Positions 1 through 9,070 of a stretch of 64,000 nt of DNA are shown here, one piece after another. Where the stretch lies: positions 62,001-126,000 of IMG/VR virus record IMGVR_UViG_3300029983_000007. One strand, written 5' to 3'. Under the pieces are notes generated by a model. The model saw only the letters and a program-made list of their open reading frames with translations. It did no database searches and was not told where the DNA came from. Both the position numbers and the translations under genes were made by a program. Every line of letters starts with the position of its first letter. Position 1 is the stretch's first letter.

Positions 1-108
1 ATCGAATAACATTTTTTTAACATCTTCAGCGCATTTAGGTTCCATTGGAAAAATAACTACAAAGCTACTTGATGATGAATTACCAACAAATCCCGTTCTA
101 ATTTTCAT
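1..108 (-). CDS. NSSSSS-leader family protein, N-terminal part (runs off window)
   Basis: Manual translation MKIRTGFVGNSSSSSFVVIFPMEPKCAEDVKKMLFD; not in ORF track. Confidence 0.85.
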   Translation of the reverse strand, partial: MKIRTGFVGNSSSSSFVVIFPMEPKCAEDVKKMLFD

Positions 109-291
109 ATTTTATCTTTTTTATCATTTAAATCTATTGTAATATCAGATTTTCTAAAAATTGCTTTAATTATTTATGTTATTATACCACCAGTAATAGA
201 AATTAATGAAATACAACCTACAAATATCCAAAATCCTGATGTTACATATTTTAAAAATTATAACATATAATTTTATTATTTTTTTTTTTTG

Positions 292-322
292 CAAATTTAC
301 TAAAATTATTTGATAATACAAA
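292..322 (-). promoter_or_regulatory. Bacteroidota-type primary-sigma promoter
   Basis: TTTG-N19-TAAATTTG on minus strand. Confidence 0.65.
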
Positions 323-989
323 AATTTATTGTCAAATAATTATTATGAATTTTTTTTATCTCACACAATTTATCTTTTCTTTTGTATACAGGATTACACA
401 CTAGGCATATAAGACCGTGTTTTTTTGTATTCCACATCATCTGATAATCACCTTTTTGTTTGCATTTAGGACATGATTCGTTACTTTCTGAACCTATAAC
501 TTGATAATCTAATGAATAATAATCATTATCAAAAGAATAAAATTCAGAGTCTCCATCAAGTAAACTGTTTATGCTATACCATCCATCGTCATTATCGTTA
601 TATTTTTGTAGTATAATTTTAAGTTCTGATTTAGCATCTTCTGATAATTTAGTATTATATTTCCATAAATCCCAATCTTCATTATTACATGTTGAAATTA
701 AATAGCAATCTGCAACTTTTTTTATATAAGTATCATAATTGCAACTTTGAAATGTTATTGCCTGATTCTCATCTAAATTTTGTAAAAAATTTAGATATTT
801 ATCGTGCTCATTTTTTCGATATTCATCCTGTTTTTTATCTCCACCTCCATAATCTCCATAATCTCCATATTCATCATATTTTCTATTAATCATATATGTA
901 GCAAGTTCACGTACACTTTTAAAATTCTTATCTGATATTATAAAACTACTTGATGATGAATTACTAACAAATCCAGTTCTTATTTTCAT
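306..989 (-). CDS. NSSSSS-leader family protein with C-terminal Zn ribbon and RxxKL tail
   Basis: MKIRTGFVSNSSSSSF; CPKC...CLVC; KRKDKLCEI. Confidence 0.85.
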   Translation of the reverse strand: MKIRTGFVSNSSSSSFIISDKNFKSVRELATYMINRKYDEYGDYGDYGGGDKKQDEYRKNEHDKYLNFLQNLDENQAITFQSCNYDTYIKKVADCYLISTCNNEDWDLWKYNTKLSEDAKSELKIILQKYNDNDDGWYSINSLLDGDSEFYSFDNDYYSLDYQVIGSESNESCPKCKQKGDYQMMWNTKKHGLICLVCNPVYKRKDKLCEIKKIHNNYLTINFCIIK

Positions 990-1008
990 TTTCTATTATT
1001 TTCTATTA

Positions 1009-1311
1009 TTAACAATATGTCGTACCAGTTATCAATTCAACTTCACTAATATCAACATTTAATGTGTCTGCTACTAATTTAGATTTTTCTATTATATCTG
1101 ATATCGATGTTGCACTATCACTTAACTCTTCACTTCTTGATATTATATAACCAACAATATATTCGTAATTACTATTTTCAACATTAATTACTTCAATATT
1201 ATTGTCAAATCCTTGTTCAATTTCATCTGTAGTGCAATTTGCTCTTTTGATACCAATTACCACAAAGCTACTTGAACTTGAATTACTCACAAATCCTTTT
1301 CTTATTTTCAT
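1009..1311 (-). CDS. NSSSSS-leader family protein
   Basis: MKIRKGFVSNSSSSSF. Confidence 0.85.
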   Translation of the reverse strand: MKIRKGFVSNSSSSSFVVIGIKRANCTTDEIEQGFDNNIEVINVENSNYEYIVGYIISRSEELSDSATSISDIIEKSKLVADTLNVDISEVELITGTTYC

Positions 1312-1324
1312 ATTTTCTTATTTT

Positions 1325-1786
1325 TTATCCATTTCTACCTGCGCCAAAATAAACTTCTGATTTATTTAAGTCTAACCCTGATTTTTCACTATAAAAAGCA
1401 TTATAAACTTTTTTGTCATTATTCTCAAAGAATGACATATCAATATCATAATCAATATCATCATAATCAGATGTCATAAAATCTGAATCACCTTCATTAT
1501 TGCATATATTAACAACTAAAAATAAATCTTCATCTTTACAATCTTTAGTATCTAACGAAGCATTTGTTTGAAATGACTCTACATAAATTTTATTATTGTT
1601 AAAATGTATATCATAATTACCGCTTTCTTTAATATTAGATAACGTTAATACTTTAACATAATAATCCAATTTAATATTATTATCTTTTGTGTATTGTGTA
1701 AATTCGTTGTAATCATTAATCTTGGCTATACCAACAATAAAACTACTTGATGATGAATTACTTACGAAACCATTTCTTATTTTCAT
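1325..1786 (-). CDS. NSSSSS-leader family protein (start corrected to ATG 1786)
   Basis: MKIRNGFVSNSSSSSF begins at 1786; track extension overlaps the upstream gene. Confidence 0.85.
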   Translation of the reverse strand: MKIRNGFVSNSSSSSFIVGIAKINDYNEFTQYTKDNNIKLDYYVKVLTLSNIKESGNYDIHFNNNKIYVESFQTNASLDTKDCKDEDLFLVVNICNNEGDSDFMTSDYDDIDYDIDMSFFENNDKKVYNAFYSEKSGLDLNKSEVYFGAGRNG

Positions 1787-1799
1787 ATTCTTATTTTTT

Positions 1800-2390
1800 T
1801 TACAATAAATGTGGTCTTGCTTCAGCAATTCCAGCATTTGTTACTTGATACCATTTTGGATTGTATTCAGATAGATTGTTAGCTCCTCCATAAGATAATG
1901 CTGAACGAACTCCATAAATTAATCCTTCTATTACAAATCTTACTCCACCTTTGAATGGTATAGTTGTTGACTCTCCTTCTACATTTCTCTCAGCTTGACC
2001 ATGAACAGTTTTAGTTTCCAATGATGCAGAGCCTCTATAGCGTTTATATAAACCATTAGGACTCTCTATAACCTTACCTGGTGATTCTTCTGTTCCTGCT
2101 AATAGAGAACCTAACATGATTGTTGATGATCCTAATGCAAGAGCTTTAGAAATATCTCCACTTGATCTAATTCCACCATCAGCCATAACTGGTACTGTTG
2201 CTACATTTAAAATTTCTATTAAACTTGTCACATTTGGAACACCAAATCCTGTCTTAATCCTTGTTGTACAAAGAGAATTATGAACAACAATACCATTTAT
2301 ATTATACGAATGTGTTTTTTCTACTGTTAAATCATAAACTTTGCCTGTATAATTCTTTTTCTCAATGCTTTTTATTTCTACTAATTTCAT
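1800..2390 (-). CDS. Split intein C-half fused to C-terminal extein of GuaB/GuaC-family (IMPDH/GMP reductase) enzyme
   Basis: VYDLTVEKTHSYNINGIVVHN|SLCTTRIKTGFG; then ADGGI, KALALG, MLGSLLAGTEESPG, YRGSAS. Confidence 0.92.
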   Translation of the reverse strand: MKLVEIKSIEKKNYTGKVYDLTVEKTHSYNINGIVVHNSLCTTRIKTGFGVPNVTSLIEILNVATVPVMADGGIRSSGDISKALALGSSTIMLGSLLAGTEESPGKVIESPNGLYKRYRGSASLETKTVHGQAERNVEGESTTIPFKGGVRFVIEGLIYGVRSALSYGGANNLSEYNPKWYQVTNAGIAEARPHLL

Positions 2391-2512
2391 ATTATATCTT
2401 TTAATTTTTTAATAAAACTTCCATCATTTATCTCATTCTCCCAAATTCTAATTAATTTAAAATTGTGTTCTAATGCAAATTTATTTTTCTTTATATCTTT
2501 TTCAAATTTCAA
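2387..2512 (-). pseudogene. Internally deleted Vsr-like homing endonuclease relic between intein halves
   Basis: 41-aa frame LKFEKDIKKNKFALEHNFKLIRIWENEINDGSFIKKLKDII; overlaps IntN stop and IntC ATG. Confidence 0.7.
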
Positions 2513-3371
2513 CTAAAAAATATTTATCAGTTAAATTTCCTGCTGGTATCCATTCAGCATACTCTTCAATATTTGATGAGTTAACTAAACCTTTATATTT
2601 TATATTTACAACATAAAATTCATGATTTTTTGTGCATTCTATGCCATTTATAATAATAATTTCCTCATTTCTATCAAACTCTAATTTATTTAATACTTTA
2701 TTGAGTTCTCCATTATGACTATAAACTTCATCTCCAATTTTTACATCAATTATATCAATATATCCTTCTGAAGTTTTAACTTTCATGCTAGGTGTAAAAC
2801 AGCCTCCACCAATACCACATCTTAGTCCATCAGCTCCCCAATTTTGTAAATCAATAGCTGCTTCTGATGTAGCAATATTACCTGCAATTATATCCACTCC
2901 TAAATCTAATCCTTTAATTGCTTCGATTGCTTTTTTTACATTTATGTGATGACCATGTGCAACATCAATAAGAATAACATTTACTCCTGCTTCAATTAAT
3001 GATTTGGATCTTTCTAAAAAATCTCCGTTTGAACCTACTGCTGCCATTACTGGAATTTTGTGCCTTATTTTATCTTGATTGAAAGGATCATATGAACTAT
3101 TCTCAATACTTGTAATTAATTTTTTAATTTCATTTGCCTGTTCTTCAATAGACATAAATCTATGAATACATCCTACTCCTCCTAATTGAAACATTTTAAA
3201 TGCCATTTCATGTTCACAAACTGTGTCCATGGGTGATGCTACTAATGGTATCATCAACTCAAAATTTGTCGATAATTTTGTTCTTAAACTAATTTTATTT
3301 CTATGTTTAACTTCACTGTAAAATGGTATGAGTTGAATATCATCATACGTTAACGCTATGTTATTTGTCAT
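2502..3371 (-). CDS. N-terminal extein of GuaB/GuaC-family enzyme fused to split intein N-half
   Basis: LTYDDI, SPMDTV, GGVGCIHR, IDVAHGH, AGNIAT, GIGGG|CFTPSMKV...CTKNHEFYV. Confidence 0.92.
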   Translation of the reverse strand: MTNNIALTYDDIQLIPFYSEVKHRNKISLRTKLSTNFELMIPLVASPMDTVCEHEMAFKMFQLGGVGCIHRFMSIEEQANEIKKLITSIENSSYDPFNQDKIRHKIPVMAAVGSNGDFLERSKSLIEAGVNVILIDVAHGHHINVKKAIEAIKGLDLGVDIIAGNIATSEAAIDLQNWGADGLRCGIGGGCFTPSMKVKTSEGYIDIIDVKIGDEVYSHNGELNKVLNKLEFDRNEEIIIINGIECTKNHEFYVVNIKYKGLVNSSNIEEYAEWIPAGNLTDKYFLVEI

Positions 3372-3390
3372 TCTTTATTTTATTTGTTTT

Positions 3391-3846
3391 TTATTTGTTT
3401 TTTGGTAGTAATAATAACTTTAGATATCTACTATTCAAATCAACACTATTGTTCATGTGTGATAATAATATTGGATGTAATTTATAACTTAAATCTGAAT
3501 CAGATATTACATCAAAGTCACCAATGAATTTTTTAAAGTTTTTCATTACACTTTTACTATCACGTATGTCAGAATTTAATATGAAATTTAGAATATTTAG
3601 AATTTCATATTCATCATTATCAATTTTCCACATTTTACAATATTCTGACCAAAAATCAGCACTATAATCTATTCTTTGTGACCTATATTTATTTTTAACT
3701 TCACTTATAAATTCATTTTTACCCAATTTATTAAAAAAAGATGTAGTCTTTTCTATTAAATAATCAGGTGATGTAGTTATAATTTTATTATCATTTAACA
3801 TAATTCCAAGATAATAAAATACATTATATGCTTGATTTTTAGTCAT
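3391..3846 (-). CDS. hypothetical protein
   Basis: 151 aa ORF in operon-like run. Confidence 0.6.
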   Translation of the reverse strand: MTKNQAYNVFYYLGIMLNDNKIITTSPDYLIEKTTSFFNKLGKNEFISEVKNKYRSQRIDYSADFWSEYCKMWKIDNDEYEILNILNFILNSDIRDSKSVMKNFKKFIGDFDVISDSDLSYKLHPILLSHMNNSVDLNSRYLKLLLLPKNK

Positions 3847-3852
3847 AATTTT

Positions 3853-4245
3853 TTAATAGTTATCGTTACTTACCATTTGAATATATGTGTTAATTACTCC
3901 TGTGATACCATATTTTTCAAATTTTTTACGTAATTCTTCTTCTTGTTCTGATGTACGATCTTTAAATTCAATCACTTCTCCGTCATCTAATCTTCCTAAT
4001 GATTCTCCTACTATAAGAGTATTATAGTCTTTTTCTCCAAAATAATTACCATCTACTTCAACACTAAAATCATTGTCAATTTTATTTGAAAAAAATTCAA
4101 ATTTATCATAATCATCTTCAATGTTATCAAATTCTTCGTCTTTAATGTTTAAGAATTTTGCTAACTCATAAATAGTAAGTTTAATTCCTCTTACAACGAA
4201 AGAAGAACTACTTGAATTGCTTACAAATCCACTTCTAATTTTCAT
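3853..4245 (-). CDS. NSSSSS-leader family protein
   Basis: MKIRSGFVSNSSSSSF. Confidence 0.85.
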   Translation of the reverse strand: MKIRSGFVSNSSSSSFVVRGIKLTIYELAKFLNIKDEEFDNIEDDYDKFEFFSNKIDNDFSVEVDGNYFGEKDYNTLIVGESLGRLDDGEVIEFKDRTSEQEEELRKKFEKYGITGVINTYIQMVSNDNY

Positions 4246-4262
4246 ACTTTTTAATTTATTTT

Positions 4263-4703
4263 TTAATAATTTCCTCCACTTTGTATGTGAATGACATCAT
4301 TGTTTACATTTATTCCTGTTTCACACAAATATCCTTCTAATCCGTCTCCAGAATCATCTGATGCAGAGCCTTCATAATAACGATATTCTTTATTTAATAT
4401 TTTCACTAAATCTTCTCTTGGTATGTGAGGATATCCTTGATCAATTATTTCATCTATCATTTCGTCATCTGATAATTTATTACCTGAATCACAATAATTT
4501 TCAAATATATCTTTAATGCTCATTTCTTTAAGATTTCTAATCATCCAATCTGATAGTCCATTTGCAAAGTCAAATAATATTGAATTTTCATTCAAATCAA
4601 ACAACTTCATAAGAGTATCTTTTGATAATTCTTTTTCATTTTTTACAGTAACAATGAAAGAACTACTACTGCTATTACTAACAAATCCATTTCTTAATTT
4701 CAT
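4263..4703 (-). CDS. NSSSSS-leader family protein
   Basis: MKLRNGFVSNSSSSSF. Confidence 0.85.
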   Translation of the reverse strand: MKLRNGFVSNSSSSSFIVTVKNEKELSKDTLMKLFDLNENSILFDFANGLSDWMIRNLKEMSIKDIFENYCDSGNKLSDDEMIDEIIDQGYPHIPREDLVKILNKEYRYYEGSASDDSGDGLEGYLCETGINVNNDVIHIQSGGNY

Positions 4704-5059
4704 GATTTTTTATTTAATAGTTCTGTTATTTTTTTACTATCAGCGACAACAATTTGACCGTCATCTGGTCCACCTTCTACAGTTGCTATTACATATGCAC
4801 TAATTACATCATTTAAATTATCAAAAAAATCATATTCATGATTTTTATCATACTTTTTTGAATAATCATATATTTCTTCATTGTAGAAACCCCCGTCATC
4901 AACTAGCCTTTTTAACAATTCTTTAAATCCATCTAATGGAAAATCTTCATATTCATCAGTGATCTTTTTATAGTCAACAATATCAAGAAAATTCTCAGGT
5001 AATAGAATTACAAAAGACGAGCTACTTGAGTTGCTAACAAATCCTTTTCTTATTTTCAT
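4700..5059 (-). CDS. NSSSSS-leader family protein
   Basis: MKIRKGFVSNSSSSSF. Confidence 0.85.
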   Translation of the reverse strand: MKIRKGFVSNSSSSSFVILLPENFLDIVDYKKITDEYEDFPLDGFKELLKRLVDDGGFYNEEIYDYSKKYDKNHEYDFFDNLNDVISAYVIATVEGGPDDGQIVVADSKKITELLNKKS

Positions 5060-5098
5060 TTTTCTTATTTTTAATTATTTATATTCAATATTTTATTT

Positions 5099-5740
5099 TT
5101 AGTTTATTAATCTATCTATTCCGATAGCAAATCCAACTCCACCATCATATTCTCCTCCACCACAAATTTGTTTAGATGAACCTAATTTTTCGCAAGTTAT
5201 TTCAAATCCCTTACCATCTTTATAATAATCAAGTCCTCTTCTAACATCGTTATTGACAACATAATCATCAACATTAGTATTGAAATTGTTTGTTAATAAT
5301 TTCATTGCTAAATGTTGCAAGTTTGCTCCATCAGAAAGATAATCATGAGATGGATTTAAAATTTCAACTCCAAGTTGAGTGAATTGCCTATATCTTCCCG
5401 ACTGTGGTTTTTCCCCACGAAAGCATTCACAAACATAGAACAATAATACATCATTTTCATTTTTGTATGTTGTTTTAGATAGTTTTTGCGCTATTGCAGT
5501 ATATTCAGGAGCTAAACACAAATATCTATCTCCTCTATCTTTGAAATTGTACATCATGTTGTTATTTTCTTCTCCTACCTTATCTTTGAATAATTCTTGA
5601 AATTGTATAATAGGAATTTGTATTTCTTCAAAATGATATTCATCAATTAATATTTTAATCATTGAATTTATCAATTCTCTTTTTTCATTACCAACTAAAA
5701 TCCTAGTTCCTTTGTAACAAGTTTCTTTTATTATTTTCAT
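5099..5740 (-). CDS. Histidyl-tRNA synthetase-like catalytic core lacking anticodon-binding domain
   Basis: MYNFKDRG, LAPEYT, FRGEKPQSGRYRQFTQLGVE (motif 2), RGLDYY, GGGEY...GFAIGIDRL (motif 3); only 213 aa. Confidence 0.85.
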   Translation of the reverse strand: MKIIKETCYKGTRILVGNEKRELINSMIKILIDEYHFEEIQIPIIQFQELFKDKVGEENNNMMYNFKDRGDRYLCLAPEYTAIAQKLSKTTYKNENDVLLFYVCECFRGEKPQSGRYRQFTQLGVEILNPSHDYLSDGANLQHLAMKLLTNNFNTNVDDYVVNNDVRRGLDYYKDGKGFEITCEKLGSSKQICGGGEYDGGVGFAIGIDRLIN

Positions 5741-6624
5741 TTATCAATCTCACTCCATTCTTTAAGTAAATTACCATATTTCCAACATTGTACAAGTATT
5801 GATCTAGCTGCATAATACATTGACCCTGATATTCCTAAAAAATCCATTTCAAATGATGTTTTGCTCGCTACTTCTTTAAGTAAATCTAAATCAATTTCTT
5901 TGTTTTTTGATATTGCTTCTGACTGCATTAATTTAGCCCATCCTTCAGCATATTCAAATATACAATTACCATAAGAGTCAGTATTATTGGACTTCCAATC
6001 TTCCCAAGATTTTTCATCTAATAGTTCAATACTAATTCCTTTTATTTTTTCTTTATATTTTCTTTTTGTTTCAACTTCTTTTTTATGTTCTTCAATTCTT
6101 CTTTTTATTGATTCCTCTTCAGATTTTTTTAATTTTTTCTCATAATCATTTTTAGTTTTATCATCATATTCATCATCACATATCGGACCAATTTTAGTCC
6201 ATTTCATAAAATGAGCATCATTATAATACTTATGTAAATTATTGAGATTTGTGTTTTTGTCAATTAAACAAATGATACCATTAAAATCAAAGCTACAAAT
6301 TAAATTGTTTGCAATAGAAAACTTTTTTGCTTCTTTTGAAGTGTAATCAAAATCATATCCTAGCATAACTTGCATTCTCACTCCTGAAGTAGAATTACTA
6401 AGAATTTCTAAAATTTTTTCTTCTTCACTATTGATGATTAAGTTATTAAGAACTTTTAATTTCAATTTTCTATCAATATCATTATTAACACAGAATGTTA
6501 TATACTCTCCATATTCACATTCATAATAACTTGAAAAATTTATATTATTTGATATAAGATATTTAATTAAAATATAATTTTTATCTTTTTTATCTTTTAT
6601 TGTATATGTGAAATATTTATTCAT
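5737..6624 (-). CDS. hypothetical protein; N-domain related to 6912..7355
   Basis: Internal RKLKLKVL...EEKIL shared with neighbour. Confidence 0.7.
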   Translation of the reverse strand: MNKYFTYTIKDKKDKNYILIKYLISNNINFSSYYECEYGEYITFCVNNDIDRKLKLKVLNNLIINSEEEKILEILSNSTSGVRMQVMLGYDFDYTSKEAKKFSIANNLICSFDFNGIICLIDKNTNLNNLHKYYNDAHFMKWTKIGPICDDEYDDKTKNDYEKKLKKSEEESIKRRIEEHKKEVETKRKYKEKIKGISIELLDEKSWEDWKSNNTDSYGNCIFEYAEGWAKLMQSEAISKNKEIDLDLLKEVASKTSFEMDFLGISGSMYYAARSILVQCWKYGNLLKEWSEIDK

Positions 6625-6908
6625 TTAATTTTTGTTTTTATCATTCCTAATGCAGAATCATCATCATTCCATAATTCGTCTTTTAAATTTCTAATACTAA
6701 TAATAGAATCTTTATTGACAATTATATCTTTAATTAAAATATTAATTACATTATCATAAGCATCAGATTGAGCCTTTTTACAAATATAAACTGCATCACT
6801 TCTATCTAAAAATCTTCTATATTCAAAATCATTTTGTAGTAGATTTTTCCAAAATCTACCAGAACCAATTTGTCTAACAAAAACTTCTTTCCATGTATCT
6901 TCTTTCAT
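6621..6908 (-). CDS. hypothetical protein
   Basis: ORF overlapping neighbour by 4 nt. Confidence 0.6.
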   Translation of the reverse strand: MKEDTWKEVFVRQIGSGRFWKNLLQNDFEYRRFLDRSDAVYICKKAQSDAYDNVINILIKDIIVNKDSIISIRNLKDELWNDDDSALGMIKTKIK

Positions 6909-6911
6909 AAA

Positions 6912-7355
6912 TCATTTACGATAGATTCTGTTGTTGTTATATTGTTTTGTCTTTTGACTATACATTTTAGATTGCATCTTATTTGTTATAACTTTACAAT
7001 TCATGTCCATTTCTTTTTTGTATAAATTATCATCAATATTTGTATACCAAAAATAAGAGTCAGGATAATGAAAATCTTTAGTGCTATCAACAATTATAGA
7101 TTTTTCAATAAAACTTAAAATTAATTCTTCTTTACTATTGTGTTTTGTGTTATTAGTTACACTTAATAATTTTAACTTCCTGTATAATTTCTTATCAATA
7201 CTAAAATTTACAATATGTTCATATGAGCTTTTTATGTTCAATCCAGTATAATTCATTTTTATAAACTTACAAATTTCAATATTGTAAAATTTAAGAACTG
7301 CACCATGTTTGCTTGACATATCAAATGTGAATAATATTAAATTATTATCTATCAT
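6912..7355 (-). CDS. hypothetical protein
   Basis: Internal RKLKLLSV...EELIL. Confidence 0.6.
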   Translation of the reverse strand: MIDNNLILFTFDMSSKHGAVLKFYNIEICKFIKMNYTGLNIKSSYEHIVNFSIDKKLYRKLKLLSVTNNTKHNSKEELILSFIEKSIIVDSTKDFHYPDSYFWYTNIDDNLYKKEMDMNCKVITNKMQSKMYSQKTKQYNNNRIYRK

Positions 7356-7654
7356 TTTTCTAAATCTTTTTTAGAAATATATTCAATAACGTCTTTTGAT
7401 TTTTTAATTTCAGAAATAACCAATGAATATAATGAATCTTTAATTATTATTTTGTCATCATTTGAAGAACTTTCTAATATTGCTAATAGATTACTCATAG
7501 GACTTAATTTATTTCTAACATTAGCAAGTTCTTCAATTTGATATTTTTCAATCTCTTTAAGAAGGTCTTGCTTATCATTCCAACTTGATGCTGGTTGTTG
7601 CTCGGAATCAAATTTCCAAAAACTATTTACTAAATTTAAAATTTTGCTTTTCAT
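7352..7654 (-). CDS. hypothetical protein
   Basis: 4-nt overlaps on both sides. Confidence 0.6.
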   Translation of the reverse strand: MKSKILNLVNSFWKFDSEQQPASSWNDKQDLLKEIEKYQIEELANVRNKLSPMSNLLAILESSSNDDKIIIKDSLYSLVISEIKKSKDVIEYISKKDLEK

Positions 7655-7902
7655 AACATTTTCAATTTTTCCAATTTTTCTAATCTTAATATTTTAATTT
7701 TGTAAGTTTTCATTTTATTCAAGAATAAATCTTCATTAGTGAAATCACCTAAGAAAATATCATATCCACCGTAATATAATTTATAATTAGTAAAATATCT
7801 CATTTCTACTTCACGTACCATAAATTTGTGAGTATAACCATACCAAGTACGATCTTCAATATCATATCTAAAATTATTTAATATTAGGGTAGCTTCTGTC
7901 AT
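7651..7902 (-). CDS. RxxKL-tail small protein
   Basis: ends ILRLEKLEKLKML. Confidence 0.65.
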   Translation of the reverse strand: MTEATLILNNFRYDIEDRTWYGYTHKFMVREVEMRYFTNYKLYYGGYDIFLGDFTNEDLFLNKMKTYKIKILRLEKLEKLKML

Positions 7903-7939
7903 TTATATAAAGTTACAAAAATGTTTTGTAATTACCAAA

Positions 7940-8149
7940 TTATTTTTGAATTATTTTAATTTCATAGCCGATATTACTCAATTCCTTGATTATATCTTTC
8001 ACCATCTGTTCAGCTTCTTCAACTTGAAGAACAGCATACATACCTTCACCATTTTCTGTGGTTCTGAATATGTATATTGCCTCCAATAGTGCAAATTTTA
8101 TTTTTTCGTTGTCTTCTTTCAAAGATAATTCTTCTAACTTGTTATCCAT
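7940..8149 (-). CDS. hypothetical protein
   Basis: 69 aa ORF. Confidence 0.55.
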   Translation of the reverse strand: MDNKLEELSLKEDNEKIKFALLEAIYIFRTTENGEGMYAVLQVEEAEQMVKDIIKELSNIGYEIKIIQK

Positions 8150-8151
8150 AT

Positions 8152-8575
8152 TTAATTTAATTCTTTATAGTAACCTTTATATTTTATGTTTGTTGTAGAA
8201 TAGCCAAGTTTTTCCATTTTATCAGGTTTTACTGTTTCAACATAACCATCCAAATAAAGCCAAGTAATACCTATTTCTTTACATTTTTCTTCATAGTGTT
8301 TTAATAATTTAACACCAATTCCAGTATTTTGATATTTAGGTAATACACCAACACTCCATAGCATGGAGCCTTGGCATAATAATTTTTCACCTAATACAAA
8401 TCCAACACATTCTTCATCTAATTCATAGGTGAAAAATAAATCTGTTAGACTTATAAGTTCTAAATACCAATCATAGTAAGATATTCCACCTTCAGTAGAT
8501 GTGTTGCTTAATCCTGGTGCATTTGAAATTTCACAGATTTTTTAATAAATCTTTTTCAATTGTTTTTCTTATCAT
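8152..8575 (-). pseudogene. GNAT acetyltransferase with +1 frameshift in an A6 run
   Basis: MIRKTIEKDLLK then shift at 8538-8543 into ICEISNAPG...CVGFVLG...VGVLPKYQNTGIGVKLL (GNAT motif A). Confidence 0.75.
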
Positions 8576-8594
8576 TTTTAGGTTTAATTATTTA

Positions 8595-8625
8595 CAAATA
8601 TACAAAAAATAATTGACATATCAAA
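8595..8625 (-). promoter_or_regulatory. Bacteroidota-type promoter
   Basis: TTTG-N19-TATATTTG. Confidence 0.75.
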
Positions 8626-8627
8626 AT

Positions 8628-8798
8628 TTATTTGGTTATGTTTTTATCTAAATATTCTTTCCACATCTGTTCAACAAATTCTGAACGATTTATATTGTTA
8701 TCTTTGAGGTATTTATCTATCTTATCAAAAACATCATTATTTATTGATATGCTTATGTTCTTCTTCTTTTCTTCTGTTTCTTTTTTTGGTCTACCCAT
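8628..8798 (-). CDS. Small ribbon-helix-helix DNA-binding protein
   Basis: MGRPKKETEEKKKNISISINNDVFDKIDKYLKDNNINRSEFVEQMW; below track cut-off. Confidence 0.7.
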   Translation of the reverse strand: MGRPKKETEEKKKNISISINNDVFDKIDKYLKDNNINRSEFVEQMWKEYLDKNITK

Positions 8799-8907
8799 GA
8801 TTTATTTTATATTTTACTATTATATATGAAAAAATATTCTTGGTTTAAAAATAGAAAAATATGACTTATTTTTATTTATATATAGATAAAAATGATACAC
8901 AATTATT

Positions 8908-9069
8908 ATGAAAACAGAAAGAAACACAAAAGTAATGTCAATAACTATAGATAAGGATGTATATGACAAAATATCAGAATTAGTTAATAACAAATCCAAA
9001 TTTACTGAATGGCTATTCATTAACTATTTAGATAACATCGGAATTGATGTAAAAAATATAAAATTTTAA
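8908..9069 (+). CDS. Small ribbon-helix-helix protein upstream of homing endonuclease
   Basis: MKTERNTKVMSITIDKDVYDKISELVNNKSKFTEWLF; below track cut-off. Confidence 0.7.
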   Translation: MKTERNTKVMSITIDKDVYDKISELVNNKSKFTEWLFINYLDNIGIDVKNIKF

Positions 9070-9070
9070 A

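Noticed and set aside
1-5059. NSSSSS leader as a DNA repeat, DGR target or attC-like site
   Set aside because: Synonymous codons vary freely, including TCN/AGY switches. No reverse transcriptase, integrase or adenine-specific variation is visible.
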